Made by a program: the position numbers and the translations under genes
Part shown: positions 48,755-64,000 of the stretch, piece after piece
How the letters are laid out: each line of letters begins with the position of its first letter
Position numbering within the stretch: the first letter of the stretch is position 1
Notes under the pieces: generated by a model
Database searches by the model: none
Told to the model about the DNA's origin: nothing
Seen by the model: only the letters and a program-made list of their open reading frames with translations
NCBI RefSeq assembly: GCF_009914755.1
Contig: NC_060930.1
Strand: one strand, 5' to 3'
Length of the DNA: 64,000 bases
Source of the DNA: the human T2T-CHM13v2.0 reference genome, Homo sapiens

Positions 48755-49481
48755 ACTCTCTAAAAGGAAATGATATTTGTTCAGGACCAGGCACTGCAAT
48801 GGGAATACACTTGCCTTAGTAAACCATGTGTGTATTAAGAGAGGTAAAGAAAGACAAAGTCTGTTAAGGGAAAAATTAGGAGGATTACATAATTGTTTAA
48901 GATAATTATCCTGACCAGGCGTGGTGGCTCACGCCTGTAATCCCAGCACTTTGGGAGGCTGAGGCGAGTAGATCACAAGGTCAGGAGTTCGAGACCATCC
49001 TGGCCAACATGGTGAAAATCTGTCTCTACTAAAAATACAAAAATTAGCTGGGTGTCTTGGCACATGCCTGTATTCCCAGCTACTCGGGAGGCTGAGGCAG
49101 GAGAATCGCTTGAACCAGGGAGTCAGAGGTTGCAGTGAGCTGAGATTGCATCACTCCACTCCAGCCTGGCAACAGAGCGAGACTCTTGTCTCAAAAAAAA
49201 AAAAAAAAAAAAAGATCATTATTCTTGGCTTAGTTGGACAGGCAGTTGCTGGGCAGATGTCATCACAGAAATATTTTTTCTGTGTAAAGTTGTGGTGGCC
49301 TTTGTGCAGGATTGTGTTTTTTGGAGAGTCTTTTGTGATAATTTTTATTGGGGATTTGCCACAAGAGCCCTTCCTTCATGGCCGATTTGCCACAAGAGCC
49401 CTTCCTTCATGGCCGTCCCTGGCTCTATTTGTCAGAGTTTTTAACACAAGTGACAACATTTTTATTCTGACAACTTTCACA
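48755..49481 (-). mobile_element. ERV1 MER4-group LTR (MER67-like), interrupted by a sense Alu at 48914-49213
   Basis: Minus-strand start TGTGAAAGTTGTCAGAAT; Alu TSD-like AAGAT(A/C)ATTAT. Confidence 0.55.
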
Positions 49482-49489
49482 CAATTTAT

Positions 49490-52400
49490 TTTTTACATTG
49501 AGATCTTTAGTCTATTTGGAGATAATAAAGGATTCTAATTTTATTTTTCTTCATGTAGTAAGCCAGTTTTCCTAACACGATTTACTAAATAATGTAAATG
49601 TATTTCCCACAAAATACAGTGCACCTCTATTGTATTAACAACTTTCATATGAAATAGGTTTGTTTCTAGGCCTTCTATTCTGTTGCATTGGTCTATTTAT
49701 CATCTCTATCCTAATACCACACTGCTTTAATTACTATTGCTTTGAAATGTATTTTATTATCTGATAAGGAAGCTCTCTTCTTTGCCTTTTAGTTTTCAAA
49801 ATTTTCCATGTAAGTTTCTTAATGAATTTGCTAAGTTTCCCCAAAAAATCTTACTGGAATTTTAACTGGAATTGCATTAAACTAATGAAATAATATGTGG
49901 GGGAATTTACATATTTATTATATTGGATTGTCCCATCAATAAAAATACCATTTGCATAGTGTTTTTTCCTATGGTAGTTTCATTAATTATGCCTTCATAA
50001 AACTTGATGGATTTAGTTATATTTTATTCTCTACCTATTTCTAAAATAGTAGTTGAGTTTTTGCCATTCATGTATGTATTCCTAAATAATATATTTCTGT
50101 GAAATGACCTCATTTTGCCCAATTTTCTGTTAGTTGATTTCTCTTTATCTTAGTGATTTGCAGGAAGTGTTTTTTCAAAATTGTATTTTGCGTATGAATT
50201 CTTTGTTAAATATATGTTTTGAAGATATGTTTTCTTAGTTTGTAGCTTATGTTTTCATTCTTTTTGTGGTGTCTCTTGATGAACAAGTCTTTTATTTTAA
50301 TGTGTAATTTGTCATTATTTTTTCTTCATGTCTTGTTTAAGAAGTTCTTACGTATTTTGAGATCACGAAAATATTCTTACCTTTTTTTAAAAGAAATATG
50401 TTTTGTCTATTATGTAGAGCCTTTAGTCCACTTGGATTTTATTTTTGTTTGTGGTGGGAGGTAAAGATCCAATTTTATTTTTTTCCCATTTGTAGTGAAA
50501 TTGTCGTAGACCATTTGTTTAATAGTCTCTCCTTTCCTCACTGATCTACAGTGTCTTATCAATAACCACAGGCTTAGTTTTGCACTCTCTATTATGTTCA
50601 GTTATTCAATTTTAAAAAAAATCCTATACTGATATCTTCAATAGCTTTATAAGTCTTGATATCTGGTAGAGTAAGTTTTCACATTCTTTCTTCTCCGAAA
50701 AGTCTTGTCTGTACTAGAATCTTTACTTTTATAAATTTGAGAAGTACATAATGAAGTTCCATTAAAAACCCTTGAAGGAATACTGATTGAAATTGCCTTG
50801 TATATGTAGGTTAGTATGAGAAGAATAGACATTTTTACAACATTGAGTCTCCCTATCCAAAGCATCAATGTAGTTTTATAATATTTCCTATCAAAGAATT
50901 GCACATTTTTTGGTTAGATTTATTTGTAGGGACTTTATATTTTTTGTTGCTATTTTAAATGCTGTTGATGCTTAGGATTGAATTTTAGTTCATTATTGCT
51001 TATATTATGGAAATGCAGTTTAATTTCTGCATATTGATTTTATATTCAGCAACCTTAATAAACTCCCTTACTAATTCTAATAATTGATATTTGAGAGTCT
51101 ATTGATATTTAGAGTCTGTTAGTTTTTTTTTCTTAATGTGGGCCATCACAATATATGCAAATGATAATTCCTTCCCCTAGACTTTGTATTTTTTTTAACG
51201 CGATATTGCTTTATTACAGGAGGTGAGTGTTGTTGTGGGGAGCGAGGGCATCATGGTGAAGAAATAAATCAGAGGACTGCAAATGCAGGGAGCGATAATG
51301 TTAAAATCGTAATATGCAAAATGAACAATTGCAATCATTTTCTTAAGACTCAACTCATAGATGGAAAATTTTAATTGCTAATGCAGAAAGCATCTGTATG
51401 AAGTAGAAACTGGTTTTGATAACATAAGTAGAGAATATCTAGAAAATGGAGGTAAATTAGATGTAAAATTCTGGCAGCAATGTAATGTCCCCAGTGGTAA
51501 GGCTGAGGCCAGCATCTAATGAGGATGAAAGTTCTGTAGGGAATTTTGGGTGGTACTTGGAGAAATATTACACTATGCGTAAACCAAGCTGAATTGCTTT
51601 CACAAGTGTTAAGAAGTATCATATAGTAAAAGGTTTGTTTGTTTTTTCTACAAGCACTCCATTTTCACAGCAAGAGTGGTACAGAATACTTAAACAAGGA
51701 AGAGAGTATTCATGGAAGATATAGTATGTAGCTCTTTGATATACTAATGCATAAAATTCAAAATGATTAAACTATAGTACATGTGGAGCTTTTTACAATG
51801 GCAAGGTGGTGGTTACAGAAAGCATGGCCCTGGGGTATCAGTCTCTAGAAAGCAACCACCACCCTTCTATGTGTGTTCTCATTTTTCATTTTTCTTAATC
51901 AGCTCTGCTGTTGGCTGCTTCTTAGCAAAACTGGTAAAAACAAAATTGTAATCATTGAACATAGTACTCTAGCAATCAGGACATTTAAAATCTTCCATAT
52001 TCTAGGGGCAAAGAAGGTAGTGAGTGACATTTAAAACTATGATTTACAAGCAAAGTGGTAAAAACTTTTCCTGCATGAAAGACTTCCACAACTTTCCCAA
52101 TCAGGTCATCACAGAAGGTCTGACTTAAGGTGGTTTTGAAGCCAACGTAAAAAATTCTGTTTCTGGAGTGATGTGAATAGTCTGGTAAATTCCATCCTAT
52201 TTCATTCCATTGATTAAATACCCACAAGGATTTAACAGTGTGGCAGAACCTAGTATTAGGTCACTATTTCCACTCTCATGAGTGACATCCTTTGTAGTGA
52301 TGCCATCATTCATGTAGGACTGACTCATAACTGCTTGGTCAAGCTCACTATCAGAATTTCCAGGGTTTAATCTGTTTGCTTGCCAGATTCTCTGGGAAAT

Positions 52401-54340
52401 CCAAAGTATATACAAGTACCAACAGTCAGAATTCACACATTCCATACAATATGTCGTTCCACTTGGGAAAATTACATTAAGAAACTGTTTCTTCCTAGAA
52501 ATTCTGGTGTGGGCACACTTGGTGAGAAGGCTTCATGAAATTTCAGGCGAATAAGAGAAGCTTTTCATTGAGCCAAATCCGATGTCATCCCTAGCAAACT
52601 TCAACAGGGGAACCAGTGCTTTCAGCAAAAGTTGGTCCCATATGTCTTCCAAATAAAATGTCTCTTGGAGATAAACGTGCTACTGTCACTGAGTACATAA
52701 GCTTCCTGATTGTCAGTTTTTGTCACACTTATGATGGAAAATTGCAGATCCTTCCAAAATATGTCACCCTCAGATCTTGGAGTGGTGAAAAGACTTCCAG
52801 ATTTTTGGTTTGCATCGGGTTGCTGCCAGGAGGACCTCCAGCAGCTTCTAGGTCCCATTGAAAAACTGTGCAACTTCCATCATCGTGAGACTAGAGAACA
52901 ATCAACAACCACAGCAAATCAACTAAATGAAATACCTTTTTCTTTTTCTGCTGCTGCTGCAAATTGTTCAGGATGTGTTACATTCTGGTTCCTTTTTTGC
53001 TATAATTTTATATTGATATTTTTTAAGGATTAAAAACTCTTCCTGGCTTTTTCTTTCTTTCTTTTTTTGGTAAGTAAAAGTTGAATTTGAGACAGGAAAT
53101 AGAGGCAGATACAGTTCAGTCTCCTGTAGTCTGTTGTTTCACCATTAGAGAGTAGAGTGAGCACTAGCTAATGTTGCAGTACGTACTGTGGAGGACTGTA
53201 GATGTCATTATACTCTTTACTTTTATCTTACTACATTGACAAGCAACTCTAGTATAGTATCAAATAGAGGTAGCGAAATTGGGCAACTTTGTCTTCTTAT
53301 CCCCCCAAATAATATTTCTGATATTTCATAATTGCAGTGTTCATTGTAGCTTTTTGTGGATTTTGTTTTATTAGGTTAAGGGTTTCCTCTCTAATCTCAT
53401 TTGCTGAGAGTTTTTTATATGAATAGTTATTGAATTGTATCAAATACTATTTCTGTGTCTTTTGAGATGATCGTTTGGCCTTTATCCTTTAATCTGCTAA
53501 TGTGGTGAATTATATTATTTCTAAGATTAAGCCAACTTTGCATTCCTGGGATCAATCCAACTTGGTATAGTTTATTTTATTTATTTAAAAAATACATTCT
53601 TGAATTCAGCTTTTTAATTTTTCTTTAGAAGTTTTACATTTATATTCCTCAGTGCAATTAACCTATGCATTTCCTTTCTTTTACTGTCCGTTGTTTTGAT
53701 GTGAAAGTTATACATGTCTTATAAATGAGTATGAATGTTTTATATTTTCTTTTCTCTGAAAGAATTTATGTATAATTGGAATTATCTGGTAATGTATGCT
53801 GATAAAGCTCTCTGGGTTTCTTTGGTTGGAAACATTATAACTATGCTAAATTAAACTATAAGTTTAACTACTTTTGTGATTACAGGAATTTTTTCCAGGT
53901 AGTTTGTTTCTTTTGTATCAGATTCAATAAGTTGCATTTTTCTAGGAATTTATTCAAATCATCTAAGTTTTTAAACTTATGAAGATTTCACAATATCCTT
54001 TTACTATTTGTTTAAACTCTACATTATCTTATGCTGTCTTTTAAACTCCAGATATTGTTTATTTGAGTCTTCTCTCTTTTTATTTTGATTAATCTTGCCA
54101 GAGCACTAGTTTCTCAGTCTTTTTAAAGAATCAGCATTTGACTTTATTGACCCTATTTCATGACTGCTTTCATTTTATATTTTCTTTTCTGATCTTTATT
54201 ATTTTCCTTTATCTAGTTCCTTCATTTTATTCTGTTTTCTAACTTTTAAAGATAGATGCTTAGCTCATTAGTTTTTAGCCTTTCTTTTTAACTTAATGCA
54301 ATAAATTTCCTTTTTACTATACTATGAGAGTTGTATGTCA
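49490..54340 (-). mobile_element. Old L1M ORF2 remnants, split by the AMD1 retrocopy
   Basis: WIGRLNVVKMSIL motif in the 50647-50904 ORF; L1 homology stops at ~51188 and resumes at ~53215. Confidence 0.7.
51189..53190 (-). pseudogene. AMD1 (S-adenosylmethionine decarboxylase) full-length processed pseudogene; CDS remnant 52880-51899
   Basis: [15 protein letters not shown]...[35 protein letters not shown]...NSDCWYLY...ELDQAVM...FTSFAKKQ; no introns; stop at codon 11 (52848-52850); frameshifts; 5' UTR present; AATAAA on minus at 51210-51215; T-run tail at 51189-51196. Confidence 0.95.
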
Positions 54341-54349
54341 CATAAGTTT

Positions 54350-54680
54350 TTTAAAAATGATTACAACCTTTATTTTAGATTCAGGGTGCAAAAGTGCAGG
54401 TTTGTTACATGGGTATATTGCATGAAGCCGAGGCTTGGGGTATGACTGATCTTGTCACCCAGGTAGTGAGCATAGTACCCAACAGTTTTTCAGCCCTTGC
54501 CCTCCTCTCTCTCTCCCCACTCTAGTAGCCCCCAGTATCTGTTGTTGCCATCTTGATGTCCATGAGTACCCAGTGTTTAGCTCCTACTTATGAGTGAGAA
54601 CATGTGGTATTTGGTTTTCTGTTCCGGCATTAATTTGTTCAGGATAATGGCCTCCAGCTCCATCCATGTTTCTGCGGCAT
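54350..54680 (-). mobile_element. L1PA/PB 3' end
   Basis: GTGCAGGTTTGTTACATGGGTATATTGCATG...CTCCTACTTATGAGTGAGAACATG. Confidence 0.85.
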
Positions 54681-54779
54681 ACTTTTAAACATAGCTATTT
54701 TCATCATAGTTCGGTTCTGAATGTTTTCTAATTCTCTTTAGCATTTCTTCTTTAGATTGTAGGTTATTTATGTCTGTTA

Positions 54780-55910
54780 GTTTACTCACAAAGAGTTTCC
54801 ATTTTGCAATGCAAAGCTATTATTGATATCTAATTTTTAAAAAGAATCAAGAGACTTTTAAAATTTGTTTTGAATATTTTTAAGGTTTAAAAAGTGTTTA
54901 AAGTTTGTAATTCCTAGTAGGAAAACATTATCTGAATGGATACGCTAATGGCAAACCACTGTAAAATGCTTCAGCTGCATTTGGGGTAGAGGGGTGGGCA
55001 TTATTCTCAAAGCACCCCAGTTCTCTTGATGAGAAGGTCAGAGGTACACTGGTTTGTATTGTTGCAACATGCATTAGGTGGTCCAGGTTGCGTTTCCTTC
55101 ACCAAGGGCATTATTTATCAGAAGGGCATTACGCTTGACCTACAAATTTGGCTGACAATTTACTAATGAGATTTGTAACCTTTCCATTTTACTGGTATTT
55201 TGACATACTTGCTGGGTTGTAGGCCACATCCTAGAAGGCCACCATAACTTCTGGACCCTGTATGGCTGCAAGAACCTCTGGATCACTAAGAATGTCATTG
55301 AGTTCAGGCATTCCTGCCATTCCAGGCATTCCTTCATGAACATTAACAGGCCTTCCCACAGGAAAGCCAGCTGGAAAAGAGAGCCTACTGAGTTCCTGAT
55401 CCCTCTGGGCTCTCTCATGCTCTTTTCTGAGCCTTTTTAACTATTTTTTCTTTGATCGCTCACTCTTCATGGTTTTGCTCATACTTTCTCTGATGTTCTG
55501 CAATTTTCTAGGCCCTAGGTTGAACTTCTTTCAGCATTGTGCTAGCATCTTTGTAATCCAATTTACAGACAAGGGGCAAGATCATGGGCTGCTTCTTCCC
55601 AGTGGCCCAGAAGTCTGTGTGTGAAAAGCGCTTGTAAGGCTCACCACTTGTAAGCCTGGGCTGAATCAGGATTTATTTCAATGGCTCTGTTACAATATCA
55701 GATGGCAGCATTTGGCTTCTGTAATTCGTTGAAGACACTGGCTCTCTTTGGCATGTAGAATGGTCAAGAGAGGATTCAGCTTGAAGGCATCTGTGAATAA
55801 GTCAATGGCTTTCTACGGTTCACCATCATTTAGGGCTTCAGTGGCAGCCACTTTCTTATCATTTGCGTAATCCATCATCTGTTATAGCTGCATTTTCATC
55901 TCCCCTTTCT
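54780..55910 (-). pseudogene. ST13P16: ST13 (Hsc70-interacting protein, HIP) processed pseudogene, 5' part missing; stop at 55129-55131
   Basis: [43 protein letters not shown]...[23 protein letters not shown]...NLISKLSAKFVGQA*; no introns; stops and deletions. Symbol from recall. Confidence 0.9.
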
Positions 55911-59079
<3,169 letters not shown>

Positions 59080-59129
59080 TTTAGAATCTCTTTTTAACTT
59101 GAGTTTTCATGTGCCCTTAATTTTTAAAG

Positions 59130-61165
<2,036 letters not shown>

Positions 61166-61235
61166 GTATGATGTGACTTTTTAATGTACCATTTCTTTAT
61201 AAATGTGTGTATATATTTCCTTTGAATAAATGAAA

Positions 61236-61236
<1 letters not shown>

Positions 61237-61272
<36 letters not shown>
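61237..61272. repeat. (TG)n microsatellite
   Basis: About 18 TG units. Confidence 0.95.
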
Positions 61273-61276
<4 letters not shown>

Positions 61277-61379
61277 TTTGGAGCTATGATATAGCCACTT
61301 ACCACAAAAAGTCTCAAAGCTACTTATGGCAAAAAAAAAAAAAAAGGTATGTTTCACCCTTCAAATTACCACCAGATTG

Positions 61380-64000
61380 AGAGGCAGAGCAAGATGGCAG
61401 AATAGAACCCTCCAGTGATCATCCCCCCACAGGAACATCAAATCAAACAAGCATCTACACAAGAAAGTACCTTCATAAAAGAATTAAAAATCAGGAGAGC
61501 AATCACAGTACCTTTTTTAAACATCATACCAAGGAAAGAGGTACTGAAGAGGGTAGGAAAGACAGTCTTTAATTGCCTATACTACCCCTCCCCGCATGCC
61601 CCAGTAGCGGCCACGTGACACAGATAGAGAATCTGTGTACTTGGTGGAGGGAGAGCAAAGTGATTGTTAGGACTTTGCATTGGAATTCAGTGCTGCCCTG
61701 TCATAGCATAAAGCAGTACAGGGCAGAATTCGGCCAGTGCCCATGGCGGGAGCATTTAGACCAGCCCTAGCCAGAAGGGCATTGTCCATCTCAGCAGTTG
61801 GAACCTGAGTTCTGGCTAGCCCCAGTATCATGGGCTATAGTGTACTAGGGTCCTGATAAACTTGAAAGGCAGTCTAGGCCACACAGACTACAGTTCCTGG
61901 GCAAGTCCTGGTGCCATGCTGTGCTCAGAACCAGTGGACTTGGGTGCATGCGACCCAGTGAGACACCAGCTACGGTAGACAAGGGAGTGCTTGCATTACC
62001 CCTTTCCCAACTCCAGGCAGTGCAGCTTGGAGTTCTGGGAGGAAAGGGAAGAGTACAGAGGACTTTGTCTTGCAATTTGGATACCAGCTCAGCCACAGTA
62101 AAATAAAGCTCCAAGCAGAGTCCTGAAGCCCCAATTCCAGACCATAGTTTGTGGATGACATTTCTAGACCCACCCTGGGCCAGAAGGGAACCCATTGCCC
62201 TGAAGGCAAGGACCCAGTTTTGGCAGAATTCACCACCTGCTGACCAAAGAGCCCTTGGGTCTTGAATAATTATCAATGGTAGCCAGGCAGCAGTCACCAT
62301 GGGCTTTGGGCAAGACCCAGTACATGCTGGCTTCAGGTGTGATCCAGCACATTCATAGCTGTGGTGGCCACAAGGAGAGACTCTTTCTGCTTGAGGAAAG
62401 GAGAGGGATAGTAAAAACGGCTTTATCTGCAACTTGGGTACCAGCTCAGTCACAGTATAATAAAGCACAAATCAAACTCCTATAGTTCCTGATTCTGGGC
62501 CTTAGCTCCTGAAGGGCATTTCTAGATCTGTCCTGGGCCAGTAAGAAATCCGCTTCCCTGGCGGAGCTTGCAGTGAGCCGAGATAGTGCCACTGCACTCC
62601 AGCCTGGGCGACAGAGCGAGACTCCATCTCAAAAGAAAAAAAAAAAAAATTCCGCTTCCCTGAAAGGGGAGGCCCGGTCCTGGCAGGATCTATCACTTGC
62701 TGACTAAAGAGCCCTTGAGCCTTGAATAAACATCAGCAGTAGCCAGAAAATAGTTGCCACAGTACCAAAACCCAGTACTGTGCTGGCTTCAGGTGTGACC
62801 CAGCATAGCCCCAGTGGTGGTGTACAAGGGGGTGCTTGCATCACCTCTCCTCCCACTCCAGTTGGCGCAACATGGGGAGAGAGATTTTGTTTGCTTGGCA
62901 GAAAGTAAGGGAGGAGAACAAGAGACTCTGCCTAGTAATCCAGGGAATTCTCCCACATCTTACCCAAGACCACCAAGGCAGTACCTCTGTGAGTCTGCAA
63001 CGGTCACAGTGTTACTGGGCTTGGGGTGCCCCCTAATATACATAAGGCTGCAATGACCAAAGTCATAGATCACAACACTCAATTCCCTTTGAATACTTGG
63101 AAAGCCTTCTCAAGGACAGGTACAAACAAACCCAGATTGCTAAGATTAGAATAAATACCTAACTTGTCAGCGCCCAGACATTGACAAACATCCAGAAGCA
63201 TCAAGACCATCCAGGAAAACATGACCTCACCAAACAAACTAAATAAGGCACCAGGGACCAATTCTGGAGTGACAGAGATATGTGGCCTGGCCTTTCAGAC
63301 AGAGAATTCAAAATAGCTGTTTTGAGGAAGCTCAATGAAATCCAAGATAATGCAGAGAAGGAAATGAGAATCCCATCAGATAAATTTAACAAAGAGATTG
63401 AAATAATTAAAAACAAGAAATTCTGGATCTGAAAAATCTGACAAATCAAAGAATGTATCAAAGTCTCTCAATAAATACTTGACCAAGCAGAAGAAACAGT
63501 TGGTGAGCTTGAAGACAGGCTCTTTGAAAATACATAGTCAGAGGAGTCAAAAGAAGAAAGAATAAAAAATAATGAGGCACATTTACAGGATCTAAAAAAT
63601 AGCCTCAAAAGGACAAATCTAAGAGTTATTGACCTTGAGAAGGTAGAGAAGAGATAGGGGTAGAAAGTTTATTCAAAGAGATATTAACAAAGAATTTCCC
63701 AAACCTAGAGAAAAATATCAAAATTCAAGTATAAGAAGGTTATAAAACGTCAAGCAGATTTAACCCAAATACTACCTCAAGAAATTTAATAATCAAACTC
63801 CTAAAGGTCAAGGATAAAGAAAGGATCCTAAAAGCAGCAAGAGAAAAGAAAGAAATAACATATAAAGGAGCTCCAATACATCTGGCAGCAGATTTCTCTG
63901 TGGAAACTTTATAGGCCAGGAGAGAATGGCACGACATACTTAAAGTGCTGAAGGAAAAAAAAATTTTTTATCCTAGAATGGTATATATCTGATGAAAATA
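61380..64000 (+). mobile_element. L1 (L1PB/L1MA-like) 5' UTR and degenerate ORF1, running off the window
   Basis: GAGGCAGAGCAAGATGGCAGAATAG start; internally repeated 5' UTR; ORF1-like from ATG 63221 (MTSPNKLNKAP...KERILKAAREKKEITYKGAPIHLAADFSVETL). Confidence 0.9.
62561..62649 (+). mobile_element. 5'-truncated AluY (~90 bp)
   Basis: GCGGAGCTTGCAGTGAGCCGAG...A tail; TSD AAAT(T)CCGCTTCCCTG. Confidence 0.9.

Noticed and set aside
51170-53205. TSD for the AMD1 retrocopy (GACTTTGTA versus GACTGTA)
   Set aside because: The match is too short and imperfect to call
61845-62468. 207-aa minus-strand ORF, the longest in the track
   Set aside because: Lies antisense within the repetitive L1 5' UTR, has a non-ATG start and no recognisable homology

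Overview
Primate (most likely human, 6q15) genomic DNA, rich in Alu, L1, L2, MIR and LTR repeats. The main feature is the 5' three-quarters of CFAP206 (C6orf165; cilia- and flagella-associated protein 206) on the + strand. It has a CpG-island promoter with an RFX X-box at about 18.8 kb, a non-coding exon 1, and ten coding exons (20559-45784). These splice in frame into 498 codons; the remaining exons lie beyond the window. Upstream is a spliced 76-aa ORF (LINC01590/C6orf164-like) that starts inside a solo LTR18-type LTR. The CFAP206 introns carry three antisense processed pseudogenes (TAF13, AMD1, ST13) and a small antisense insert that looks like a retrocopy of a spliced, L1-5'UTR-promoted transcript. 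I found no prokaryote-type system (CRISPR, operon, tRNA/rRNA) and cannot support a new biological system. The most unusual items are retrotransposition fossils and an LTR-born microprotein ORF. Gene, variant and repeat-subfamily names come from recall, not from a database search. Repeat boundaries are approximate.
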